From: Cladosporium halotolerans
Lineage: Eukaryota
Length of the DNA stretch: 64,000 nt
Reading direction: 5' to 3'
Assembly (NCBI RefSeq): GCF_011745625.1
Contig: NW_027191480.1
Coordinates: forward strand, 186,001-250,000
Positions 35,490-47,400 of this stretch are shown in pieces. Below the pieces are notes generated by a model. It was not told where the DNA came from. It made no database searches and saw only the letters and a list, made by a program, of their open reading frames with translations. Within the stretch, counting starts at the first letter, position 1. Every line of letters starts with the position of its first letter. A program made the position numbers and the translations under genes.

Positions 35490-38400
35490 TCACCACCCAT
35501 TCCTTTTCCTCTTCGGCCTCTTCTTCGCCGTCGCTCCCGCACTCGCACCCTTCCCCTTCTCCACCGCAGCACCTCCATCTGCCCCCGCCGCCGTGCACCC
35601 CTGGCCAATAGAATCATCCAACCCACTAAGCCCCAGGCCCACAAGCGTATCCTCATCCATATCCGACAGCTCCTCGCTCATATCGCGCATCACTTCGCGA
35701 CCGGTGTAGCGCTCCTCGTGCACTGTCGTGCCGAGCGGGTCGAAAGGCGCGAGGTACCAGGCGACGCCGCCGTGGGCGAAGACGTCGTCGCTAGGGTTGG
35801 CGTTGGGACGCTGCGCGGAGCCGGTGGAGATGGGGGGTGAGAGGGGCTCGGTGGGTTTGGAGCTGTTTGTTTTGGTTGCGTGGGAGAGGGTTGAGGAAGC
35901 GCGGGTGGGTTTCTCTGCGGTGCCGTTTACGGTGATGGGCGCGGCGTCCTCGGCGGCGCTGGAGACGTCGCGCATTTCGATGTCGGCGGCGGCGCCGTCG
36001 GCTTTCACGTCGGGGGACGCGCCGGCGACTGCGGAGGCGTTGGAGGCGGAGCGGAGTTTCGTGGTGGCTTTGCTGGTGTCGTCGAGGTCGGCCTCGATGG
36101 ATTTGGTGACGTCCGCGGAGAAGAGGGCGAGGGATTCGATTTTGCGCATGGCTTCTTCGTGCTGCAAGCCGCGCAGCTGGGCTTCTTTCCTGGCGGCACC
36201 CTCGGTGAGCTCTTTGACTGCTTTGACGATGCGCTTGGCGAGCTTCTTGAGCTCTTTCTGGTCGTGGCTGAGGGCGTGGTGCTCTGCGGTTCCAGGTTGA
36301 ACTTCGTTGAGCTTTTGGTGGATTGTGTTGATGTCAGCGCTGGAGGCCGGGTCCAAGTTGTCGCCCTCGGCCAGTTTGGCGAGGAAGACCTGTGACAGGT
36401 CTTTGGAGAAGTCGGAGACAGAGGTATAGTAGCGCTCACGCAAGCGTTGAGCGAGCTCGTCAGTGCCCTCGCGGAAGACACCGTCTCTCTCATCGAGTCT
36501 GAAATTTAAGTCAGTCAACTGAAATGTCACACATGTTGATGTCGGAACTCACTTTTGCACGCGCAGCAAGATCGGCCACAGCAGCGGCGCAATAGGCGTG
36601 TACACGGTGTCAATCTGCTCCCTGAGCATGAGAAGCTCCTGCAGGCGAAGCATCTCGCGCTCCTTGATCTTCGCCGTGAGCTGCACCTGATACTCCATGT
36701 CCTTCTGCAGCATCTCGCCAAACTCGATGCGCCGCAGTAACCTCGGCCGTCCAGCCGCGCCCATACCAGCGAAGTTGCGCCTTGTGATTTCCATGCTAGA
36801 GAAAGTCTCAAGTTGCAACTGCAGCCGTTTGAGCAGCGCGGCGCCGCGACGTGCCTCGCGCTTCAGAGTCCAGTATCGGCATGCCTTCTCCACGAACTCC
36901 TTGCGTTTGCGGATCGTGAAGCGAGTCAAGCTGGCTTCCACCGTGTTGTAGACCACATTCGGAACGACAGGCGCCCCTGAAGGCAATCTCCAGCTCAGCT
37001 TCGGCGGCTGAGCGCGCTTGCGTTTCTGGTTCGCGACAGTGATGGTGTCATCCCCGGCGCTGCCGTCAGCCACCATGCCTCCGTCTGGCGCGGGAGGAGC
37101 CCCAAGCTCAAGCGCGGCGGTCTGGCTGTCTGCCCATTTGCGGTCCTTCATAGCGTGCCTGTACCATCGCTTCGTCTCGATGATCGCGTTGTCAGTATCG
37201 TGCGTCCGCCTCCACTCGGGCGGCACGTGCTTGTCGCAGAAAGCTTTCAAGACGCTAGCGTCAATTCCTCCCTGATGTTGGCTCTTCATCTTGAGGAACA
37301 GCTTGGCTTTCCTAGCGCATGTGACGTGGAATGCAAGATAGCAATTCTTGTTGCCGCACTGGATGCATGCACCCATCTTCTGCTGGCAAATATAACAATT
37401 CAATTTCCATCTGCTTTTCGGCACTTTGTCCACGTCGGTAATGGGCTCCATAAACGTCATGTTAGCGATCGTAACTTCTGGAATCCATATCGAGCAGAGC
37501 AAATGCGACCAGCGTAGAGTATTCGTTTGCTTGAAGGCGCCGTCCACGTTCGGACAGAAGATGCACGTGGGTGTGCCTCGTCCAATCTCCTTGCATTTCC
37601 GGCAGAACCACTGGCCTTCGGGAATGAATGGCACACCATAGCATTCCTGATGAACAGCCAGGTCGCAGCCATCGCAGAAGATGATAGCGTTGGCGTTCTC
37701 GCAGTCTCCGTCGTCACAGATCGAGCATTTGCTATCTGGCTCGTCTCCCGGCGGATTAGGGTCGCCATTAACGGCCGCTTGCGAGCTCGAACGCGGTCTA
37801 TGCAGTTGAGCGTGCCGCGGCTGCGGTTTGGGTATACGTTTCTCGAGCGCGTGGTATTCCTTTTCGATTTGCGTCATGGTGATCTCGAAGATGGCGGGCT
37901 TGATCGCATCCACTCCTTCGCTCTTACGCTGTTCGTTGATCCACTCCAGCCATTCTTCATCTTGCTCGTCCATGTCGTACTCGACTTTCCCAACGGCTGG
38001 TGCCGCAACATGTCCCTCGACGGGGCCATCGCTCTCCAGTCTCAAGCCCATCTCGGCCTCCTCTTCCGCTTGCTGGGCTTCTGAAAGTCGGATAAGGTGT
38101 TTCGCAGGAAGCTCGAATCTATCGCTCTCCTGATATCCGACGTTCGACATTGTCCGATCGACATAGTTCACCTTGATCTCTCGTGAATTCTCCTCAAATG
38201 CGAGAAAGTGGCTGAAATGGCGAAAAGAGGGTTTCGGCAAGTTCAGACGTTCTTTCGAGCTGTGCGTTGGCAGTGGCTTGATTGGTATCGGTGAGGCCAG
38301 ACCAAGACCCGTGAGCATCGAAGTGTGTTGCCTGGGCGGCCGGCCAGGTCTGCGCTTCAGAGGTGTCTCGACGTCGGCTGTAGGTTGCTGTGGCGTGTCT

Positions 38401-38999
38401 GCGGTGTGTATTTCGCCGTTTCCATTCACCGTAGGTCTGTGGTTCTCCAGCTGAGCAATCGCAGCCTTGACATCGTCCTTCTTCGTCCTACCATCCACCT
38501 CGTCTGCGGAGTAGATTATCAATCCAGCGTCCAGATCCAGGTCGGGGTGGAAGTCCTCCCAGCTCCTCTCTTCTCTCGGTTTGTAACCATCGCTCGCCTG
38601 ACTCGCTGCCGCCGCAGAAGACGAGTTGCTATACCGTGGTCTGGGCGGCACCGAGGGCGGAACATATCTTTCAGGCCTTTCTCTCCGTGGTCGTGTCTGC
38701 ATAGCCGATCTTGTTGCCGTAGGTGTCGCTGTGTCGTCGTCCTTGTCACGGAGCTCAGCACTGAATCGCCGTGATCGCACGCGTGGCGCAGTGAGTGCAC
38801 GCGAGCTTCTGGTATTCTGCTCCGGTTTGGTGTTCTCTGTATCCTCGGTGTCTTCCCACCTTCCTCCTCCTCCAAGGCCTCCAGGAACGAACTTGCGCCG
38901 CTTGGCTGGAGGTTCGGTCACGAGGTCGTGGCGCGAGCTTACACGCGTTCTGGCTGGAGTGCGCGTAGCACGACGTGGCGAAAGGTCTGTCGAGGCCAT
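35490..38999 (-). CDS. NTO1: NuA3 HAT complex PHD-finger scaffold, Nto1/BRPF-like (2 exons; intron 36499-36552)
   Basis: EPC-N motif VEYDMDEQDEEWL. PHD1 CSICDDGDCENANAIIFCDGCDLAVHQECYG, extended PHD CYICQQKMGACIQC...FHVTCA, YWTLKREARRGAALLKRL. Intron GTGAGT...ACTGAC...CAG joins the two ORFs. The start at MASTDLSPRR is inferred. Confidence 0.93.
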
Positions 39000-39628
39000 G
39001 TCGGCTGGTGAAGGCGCGATGGGCGCGCGCGAGGTGTTGCAGGTGAGTTTGTCAGCTGCGAGTGGGATGGTGAAGCTAGCCTGTCGTCGTCTGTCTCCCG
39101 GCGCAGGTGCTGAGCCGCTGGCGCATGGCTTTGCGTGCGCGATGCCGTTTGTTCCGGAGGCGGCTTGTAGCAAACTCACTCGCTGCGTCGTCGGGCGCGT
39201 GGCAGCGGTGCGCTCGACGTGGCTGTTGATGCTGGTGTTGGCGCATGGGCCGTCGACCCTGTCGGGCTGTCCAGCGCGAGGTATCGCGAAACCCGCTTTT
39301 GCGGAGACGGCCCGCGCGCCGTGGAGGAACGGTCCAAGGCTGCTGACTCGGCAGAGCGTGCCCTTGGTGTGCTCAACCCAGGCCGCCCGGCGATTGCTGC
39401 AGGTACAGAGACCTCGTGAACGAGAGGCTCCGCTAGTTGCGTCTTTGCCGCCGCGCCTTGTGCCATCGCGTGACTGAGGCATCGATGCCACAATCCGCGC
39501 TGCTTCGAGATATCACTGCGGCCTGGCATCTAGACACCTTCGTTCATCTTGTCCATATCAAGCCCTAGTCGTCCCGCCTGTCTTGTATTATTTGCAGTAT
39601 TTTTTTTCCCTTCACTCTCGTTTATGCG

Positions 39629-40629
39629 ATGCTGCTTGAGAATCATCAACTGGTGCTGTTCGCCCAGGCGGTATCTCGGTAAGGCACATGGTCATACACA
39701 GGAACGTCAGCAAGCTAACACACGTCCCACAGCCTTTGCGGGTGGCTGTATTTCATCGCTTGGTCTCTGTCATTCTACCCTCAACCCTGGCTCAACTACA
39801 AGCGCCGCTCGACTAAAGGCTTTTTGCCGGACTTTCCACTCTTGAACGTCTTTGGATTCTCCTGCTACACCATCAGCACGGGCATCTTTCTCTACTCTCC
39901 TATCGTGCGTTCCCAATATGCCGTCCGTCACCCGCTGTCGCCCGAGCCGACCGTCAGATTCAACGACTTCGCTTTCGGCGTGCATGCCTGGATCTTCTGC
40001 GTCGTGGTCTACTCGCAATTTTGGCCGAGGCTCTGGGGATGGGAGGCGGCGAAGGGTGTGAAGAGACATGCTGGAAGGCTGACCTTGGGTATCCTGTTCG
40101 GAAGCTTGCTCGGCGTCGCCATCACGATCCTCATTGTCTTGAACAGCGAAGGAGGCGGAAGCAATGATGGTACTGGCTGGGCATGGCTTGACGTGGTGAG
40201 TTGAGAGAACGCTCTTCCCAGCTCCCCGCAACCAGGACACTGACAAAGTCTCAGGTCTACGCCATTCAGTATGTCAAGCTGATTCTCACCGTATGGAAAT
40301 ACGTTCCACAGGCCTTCGCCAACTTCAGACGCCAGTCGACCGTTGGCTGGTCGATCACACAGCAGCTGCTCGACTTCAGTGGAGGCATTCTGAGCTTGCT
40401 CCAACTCATCATAGACAGCTCGCTTCAAGCCGACTGGAGCGGGCTGACCGGCAACCCGGTTAAGTTCGGGCTGGCTAACATCAGCTTAGCCTTTGACATC
40501 ATCTTCATCACACAGCACTACGTCCTCTACGGGCCGGTGGAAGAGAAGGCCGACCACGAAGGTAGCGTCGACGATGCATCTTACGAGGCTGGACAGGAGC
40601 AAGACCCACTATTGAGGCGAAGCGACTAG
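39629..40629 (+). CDS. ERS1: Cystinosin/Ers1-like PQ-loop lysosomal/vacuolar cystine transporter (3 exons: 39629-39678, 39733-40195, 40255-40629)
   Basis: Spliced product has [15 protein letters not shown]...[43 protein letters not shown] and QHYVLY. C-terminal acidic dileucine EQDPLL. Confidence 0.92.
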
Positions 40630-40855
40630 TACAGTCTCTCGAGCCATGTCCTGCTTGAAGCCAATATTACTAAAAGCTACACCACTGGCATTGCAACGCA
40701 TTAAGTCGTATACAAGCTAATAATATAAGACGACATTTCCCGGATCAGACGACTCGGATCTCCGAAACCACCCACCACCAAACCAGACCCCCACCCCTCG
40801 CATATACCGCACAACCCCACAGCAAAACCAGAAACAATACACCAAACCAACACCC

Positions 40856-43294
40856 TCACGCCCCGCAACCCGCCCTAGTCTGACTCGTCCACATCCGCCA
40901 ATACCTCCCCTCAATCCCCAACAGCTCCTCATGACTCCCCCTCTCCACCACCCTCCCCTCATGCATCACAAAGATACAATCCGCCTTAACAACCGTCGAC
41001 AGCCGATGCGCAATCACCAGCGTCGTTCGACCCTTCCGCAACCCCTCCAGCGCCCCCTGCACCGCCGCCTCTGTCAGGGAGTCCACCGCGCTCGTCGCCT
41101 CGTCCAGGATCAGCACGGGCGGGTCTTTCAGGAACACCCGCGCGATCGCCAGCCGCTGGATCTCGCCGCCGGACAATTTGACGCCCTGCTCGCCAACGCG
41201 CGTGGCGTAGCCGTCCGCGAACGTGAGGATTTTGTCGTGGATGGCCGCCGCGCGGCACGCGGATTCGATTTCGGCGTCGCTCGCGTCGAGGCGCGCGTAG
41301 CGCAGGTTTTCGAGGATGGAGCCGTTGAAGAGGAGGGGTGCCTGCGGCACGACGCCGATGGCCGTGCGTAGGCTGTCGAGGCTCAAGTGTCGGACGTCGT
41401 GGCCGTCGAGCGTGATGCGGCCGGCGGAGACGTCGTAGAGGCGCAGGAGAAGCTTGGTGACGGAGGACTTGCCGGCGCCGGTCTCGCCGACGAAGGCGAT
41501 GGTCTGGCCGACGTGGGCGGCGAGGGAGATGTCGTGGAGGATGGGCTGTTTGCCGTCGTAGGCGAAATGGACGTTGGAGAAGATGATTTCGCCTTTGATC
41601 GGGATGGAGAGCGCGTCGGGGCGGGAGGTGATGGTTGGTTGGGTTTGGAAGAGGTGCAGGAGGCGTTCGGCGTCGACGAGGTCGGACATGAGGAAGCGGC
41701 AGTTGTGGGAGAGCATGGAAATGGGCCAGGTCAGCCGGTCCCAGTATTCCATCAGGAAGACGAAGTCGCCGGGCGTAGCGTTGCCGACCGAGATCTCGCG
41801 CATGACCAAGCAGGCAAGCACGAAGAAAGTTGTTGGAAAGAGACCCTCAACGACAGCTTGCACCATCGCGTCTGCCACGCCCCAGCGCTGCTTTGCGATG
41901 AGTTGGGTTTGCACGGCCTGCCCAAAACGCTGTCTTTCGTACCCGAACCGATTGAAGAACGACACGGTCTGCCAACCCTGCACAGCTTGCAAGATGACCT
42001 TCGCCTCCTGTCGACTGGCCTTGGCCATCGCTCTACGGTTGCCGAGATTCCAGCTCGTCGCCAAAATCTCAGATCCGATGAACGCGATCGCGCACGCCAG
42101 CAGAGCAACAGCAACGATCTGGTTGAACTTTTGCGAGAGGTACACCAGCGCGATGACAAGGTCCAGAATCGTTGGGATGATAGACAGCACGAACGTGCTC
42201 AGCAAGTTCGTAATAGCATTGCCCTGCTCGATCGCGCGTATGACCTCTGCCGAGTCACGCTCCGAATGGAAGTCCATCGATAGGCTCATGACATGGTTGA
42301 AAGCCGCGTTCGTCAGGGAGGCGTAACTGAAGTTCTCGATCGGGATCTTGGCCAGGGCCTGGATGGTGTCCAAGCCAGGGTCGTAGCGCGCGAAGGAGAG
42401 CAGGAGCCAGATGCCCAGGTCGCGGTAAGGCGGTTTGCCGCTCGTGAGGTTGTCGGCGACTTTGCCGAGCTGGACTGGGAGGATGACGTTCAGGGCTCTG
42501 GCGGCGATCATGCAGAGGAGGCAGATCAGGTAGCAGAATTGGACCCAGCCGTCGTGTCTGGGGATGATGTGCGGCGCGAAGACTTTGAATTCTCTCAGGT
42601 ACCCTAACCAGCCTCCGCGCTGCTTCAACATTTCGGCACGGCGCTCCTTGATGAGGGCGACGTCTTCGCCGCATTGTTCGGAATCGTCGTCGGAGTCGTC
42701 CGACGAGGCCGAAGCGGCATCGCCCTTCGTGGTGGCGGACTCTGGAATCGCACCATATCCATTCTCTTGGTCACGAAACAATGGCTGGTCGTCATCCTGA
42801 TCTGGCGTGTCCTTGTGCCTTCGCGGGCAAGTAAGTACCATGAGACCTGCGAAGGCAATGACCCGGATCACCTGGAGGACAAGAGCTGCGATGTTGAAGG
42901 TGTGCCCATCTAGTTGCAGATTCGATAGAACACATAGCGGAATCTCCAGAGCAAGTCCCGTAACAGCCGTAGCAAATACCGTGAACGCGGTGCATTTCTT
43001 CTGCACGAGAAGAGTCGTCCATGTTAGTGCTGCGACAAGGAGATGTACCAGCGGAGCTTGATCCGTAGCCAAAGCATCGTCGCCCGCAAGAACAGCCACG
43101 ATCGTCTCAACGACGTACGTAGCAATTATCAATACTTGCCACCACCTGGAATATTTTTTCCGATATCCAAAATCTCGATCCGGTGCCTTCTTCGAGCTAA
43201 TAGCCCCTAAGCTAGCAAGCGAGGCGACAACGACAGTAGCACAGGCGCAAGCGTAGTGAAGCCCCAGGCCCACCAAAGCCAGCGAACTATGCAT
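40856..43294 (-). CDS. Half-size ABCB transporter, heavy-metal tolerance HMT1/ABCB6-like, intronless
   Basis: N-terminal hydrophobic extension, TMD (FNHVMSLSMDFH), Walker A GETGAGKS, signature LSGGEIQRLAIAR, Walker B LILDEATS, IAHRLST. The first in-frame ATG at 43294 is taken as the start. Confidence 0.9.
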   Translation of the reverse strand: MHSSLALVGLGLHYACACATVVVASLASLGAISSKKAPDRDFGYRKKYSRWWQVLIIATYVVETIVAVLAGDDALATDQAPLVHLLVAALTWTTLLVQKKCTAFTVFATAVTGLALEIPLCVLSNLQLDGHTFNIAALVLQVIRVIAFAGLMVLTCPRRHKDTPDQDDDQPLFRDQENGYGAIPESATTKGDAASASSDDSDDDSEQCGEDVALIKERRAEMLKQRGGWLGYLREFKVFAPHIIPRHDGWVQFCYLICLLCMIAARALNVILPVQLGKVADNLTSGKPPYRDLGIWLLLSFARYDPGLDTIQALAKIPIENFSYASLTNAAFNHVMSLSMDFHSERDSAEVIRAIEQGNAITNLLSTFVLSIIPTILDLVIALVYLSQKFNQIVAVALLACAIAFIGSEILATSWNLGNRRAMAKASRQEAKVILQAVQGWQTVSFFNRFGYERQRFGQAVQTQLIAKQRWGVADAMVQAVVEGLFPTTFFVLACLVMREISVGNATPGDFVFLMEYWDRLTWPISMLSHNCRFLMSDLVDAERLLHLFQTQPTITSRPDALSIPIKGEIIFSNVHFAYDGKQPILHDISLAAHVGQTIAFVGETGAGKSSVTKLLLRLYDVSAGRITLDGHDVRHLSLDSLRTAIGVVPQAPLLFNGSILENLRYARLDASDAEIESACRAAAIHDKILTFADGYATRVGEQGVKLSGGEIQRLAIARVFLKDPPVLILDEATSAVDSLTEAAVQGALEGLRKGRTTLVIAHRLSTVVKADCIFVMHEGRVVERGSHEELLGIEGRYWRMWTSQTRAGCGA

Positions 43295-44405
43295 GTTGGT
43301 TGCAAAAAAACGAAAAACAGATACCGCACCCAACAAGCACGACTAAAGCCTCGCAGATTAAGACAGGTAGGTAGATATAGGGAGGCAGAATCGACACGTC
43401 CTCCAAGGGAAACCGGGCTCCTCAGCTACGGCGGAGGTGCCGCCCACGCACAGGACGGTCGCCACGGGTCGTAAAACGAGCCAATCGCAGGCGCAGCAGG
43501 CTCGCAGAAGTACATTGATACCATGCACGGCCTCATCTCAGCGGCGCGGTGAGCGTGAGGAGGAGGGCCCGTGGGCGCTGGCTCGGTCGCCACTCTGTGT
43601 ACGTGAGAGAGGAAGGAGACCGATTCTGGTAATTAGAGCCGTGTTCGACGGTTTGTTTGGATGTGTGCCTCGTATAAAGCTCGGTGGATTGGACAGAGTT
43701 TGTGAGTCAAGCTTTAGGCAGAAGAAATGAGCAATCGTGATATGCTGTGCATGCGTTTGAGGTATTTTGCGATGGAGGATCTAGCTAATGGGACGCTACT
43801 GATGAAGACAGGTCTCGTCGCGAAGTCAATGTTCAGAGTGTTTGGAAGGGAAAACGTCAAGGTCATGGAAACCTTCGGTTTGCGTAGGCTGACGAGGCTG
43901 ACGTCGTCAGTCTGTCGATACAAAAGCGCATAAAATCATTCGAAATCGGAGTGAGGCAATTTTTGGTATTAACTGTATTGATTTCTTCTATGAAATCCTA
44001 GACCACCCTCCACCTGGCTCTAAAAGCCCAGGCCGAGGGAAAAAAAGTCTAGCAGAGAGGAGAGCTATCGTCTGGGTATCTTAGTATTACAATATGCAAA
44101 GCCGCTCGACGGCTATGCTCGGCCGTCCCATCATCATCAACCCGGCCGCTTGGGGCGCTTCCCTCCATGCCCCCAACGTCAATCCATTCCCAACCCAGAG
44201 TCCCACCGTCGCTGAGCCCGCGTGTCGCAGACCAGCCGGATGCCGCGAGGAAAAGAAAACCAGAATCTGCCGAGAACGCCGTCGCTGAATGCACAAGGTG
44301 AAGAGCAAAATAGATCCCGGAGAACTGAAGGAGCATCCCCATGCTCAAATATAAAAGCGAAAACGCCAAAACAGAAGAACGCAAGCAGACCAGAGAGCCT
44401 GGAGA

Positions 44406-47400
44406 TTACCTCACAAGCTCGGCGATCTTGCCAGCGACGGCGCTAGGGTACCCTCTACCCAGCGCCTCCTTCACGACCTCCTTCGCGTCCTCGCGCTTCT
44501 CAGCCGCAAGGCAGGCGCGCACCATAGCTTCGTAGGTGCTAGGCTCTCGCTTAGCCATCGGCACACGAGCGAAAGCGTGCTTGGCCTTGTTGAGATCATT
44601 CTCAAGAGTCCAGCCGTGGATAAGCGCGTTGGCAATGTACGGTGTGTATTCGACGTGGCGGGCACGCATGTCAGCGAGCAGGGAGTCAGCTGAGGCGGAC
44701 TGGTGGTTTGCGTTCAGTGACTCGAAGAGCGACTGGTACAAGCATGGCTGCGGGCGAGCGACAGCGGCAAGCGCGGCGTCGAACATGCCACGGGCGGCTG
44801 GAAGATCGTGCTGCACGCAGCCTTTGGCGTGAATCAGCGAGGCGTAGTGGACAGCCTCAGGCTGCACACCGGCAGCTGACATCTCGGCCAGAACTGTCTC
44901 CGCGGCTTGCATGTCGACCGGCTCGAGAGTGGCGTGGGTGTCAATGAGAAGCTTGTAAGTGTGCAGCGTAGGCTCGATACCCTTGCTACGCATGCGCTCG
45001 TAGTAGGCAAGGACCTTGGTACGGTCACGCTTGGTGGTGAGGAAGTACTGCATCAAGCTGTGGTAAGGCGCAGGACGAGGCTTGTAGTTGGTGGCAGACT
45101 CCATCTCCTCGAAGATTTCCTCCGCGAACTTCTCATCGCTGACACGGCAGAGAGCGTTAACAATGGTACCGTAGGTGACGCTGGTAGGGCGAATGCCGAG
45201 GTTGCGCATCTCAGCGAAGTAGAACAGGCAGTCATCGATGCGACGAGCCTTGCCGAGCTTGCCAATCAGCGCATTGTAGAGGAAAGACGAAGGCTCGACG
45301 CCCTCAGACTTGGCCTGATGGAAGATCTTGACGGCCTCAGTAGCCTCGTCGAACGTCTTGGTGTTCTCCTTGAGCGTGGTGATGTAAAGTCCGAAAGTGT
45401 TTGCCGAGGGAGAGAAACCGAGCTGGAGCATGTCCTGATGGTAGCGAGCAGCAAGATCGCGGCGGTTGACGTTGAGGCAGCCGGCCACCATGTGGTCGAG
45501 GATCTGCTGCCAGCCAAAGCGGACGACACGGTATCTGACATCAAAGGGCACGTCTTGCTTGGCCATCTCGAGAATGTCGTGTGCCATCTCAAGGTTGTTC
45601 TCCTTGGCGGCCGCCTCGATGAGCTTGCCGTAGGTGAACATCCTCGGGACGCGGCCGACACGGCGCATGTTGCGGAACTTAGCCAGAGCCTCGTTCATCT
45701 TGCGGCCGTGCGGGCGTTCGAGCATCTCGTTAATAGCGTTGGAGCCCTTGACATCAGTCCTCGCAGCGTACGGGTCGAAAGTCTCGTCGAAAGCAGGGAC
45801 CGGTGCAGGAATGGCAGGGGTGAACGGAGCTGGCGTGAAAGCGGGAGCTTGGGGGTAGCGGTAGTTGTTCCACAGGCGCGAAAGCTCAGCATTGTCGATA
45901 TTGATCAGGGTCCTCTCAATCATGGTCTCGGTGTCCGAAGACGGCATGATGACCTTCGCCACGATGATTTCCAGCAGACAGCCGAAGCGAGCTGGGCCGG
46001 CGATGTCCGCTGTGGACTCGCGTACGATCATGCCTGCCTGAATGCGGAGAAGCAGCTCAACGTCAGCAGGGGATAGACGCGCAATCTGCTCAGGTCCAAA
46101 GCGGGCCACGATGTGCTCGGCGATGGGCTCAACGAGGCTGCCGTTTTCGGTCATGGTGCGCAGGAGCTCTGCGCTGCTCTCGGCAGGGAGCGGCATCTTG
46201 CTGGTGAGGACAAACCTGCCAATGACTTCGATCGCCTCGTCGATGCGGTCGGCAGTCTTGGCCTGAGCGCTCTCGGGCTGAGAGTCACGCACACGAGCAA
46301 ACATGCGGCGTGCCTGCCCAATGCCACGGTCGGCCTGACCAGTGGCGATAAGAGCGATGGAGCGCATGGTAGTCGGCTCAATGAACATCATCTCGGCAGG
46401 CGCAGACTCCAGGATTGCCCAGTACTGCTCAGCAGCCTCGACGTTGGCGTTGCGTACGTGCATCGCAATCATCGCCATAGCCGGTTTCACGAGATCGTGG
46501 GAAACGTTTGCCAGCGCGTCGAAGGCCTGCAGACTCTGCTCCACCAAGTTGCGATCAGCTGCAGTGACGCAGATGGTCGACATGGCAGAAACGAATGTAG
46601 CGCCTGTGAGAGAGCGGCTGAGATGGAACGCATTTTGGCATGTGCTGTCGTTCAATGCGAGCGGAAGGAGAGCCTGAAGTGCAACGGCGTCGCGCAGGCT
46701 CTGCAGCTCGCTGGCATCAGTGATACCTGCCTGGATCCCCTCTAGGAACTTCAAGCCGCCCTGGAGGCGGTCTGCCGAACCGTAAGCCTTGATAAGGGCA
46801 GCATAGACCTCGTGGTCGACGCGGTCCATCTCGTGTGCACCAGCGTTGTGGGCGATCGCTAGGTTCTTGTACTCGTCGTAAGACTCAACGGCATTCTTGA
46901 GGTTGCCAACATTGCCATGGGCGGCAATGACAGGCGGGAAGACGCTGGAGGCCACTGTCATGCTTCGAGAGATCATGTGGTCGTAGACCTTGGACATGTC
47001 CTCAACACGGCCCTGTTCCGCACAAGCGCGCACAAGAGCGGCGCAGACGGTGCTGGAGAGCATCTCAGATCCGTCCTGAGAGGCACGCTTGAACATGGTG
47101 AGCGCGATCGAAAGCGAGCTGTCCTCCAAAAGCATGGTGTACTGCGACTCGTTGGAGCGGAACAAGAACTGATCTTGGCCCTCAAGACCGCCGTAACGAG
47201 CGAGACGGTCCTCCAAATCCTTGCGGGCGACAACAGATGCTGAGGCACGAGCAGCAAGAAGGTCGATCAAGATACCAAAAGTGGCAACACTAGGAGTGAC
47301 CCTCCTTCGGAGCATGTCCGAGTAGACCTCAAGGGCCTTGGGAACTTTGTGGGACTTGCTCCGAGTGAGCTCCAGAGCCGAGACGAGGAGCGCATGGTAA

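Noticed and set aside
38999..39491. N-terminal extensions in the ORF track for NTO1 (to 39491), cyclophilin (to 19974) and the Cys-repeat gene (to 12104)
   Set aside because: These begin at non-ATG codons with low-complexity sequence; downstream ATGs fit better.
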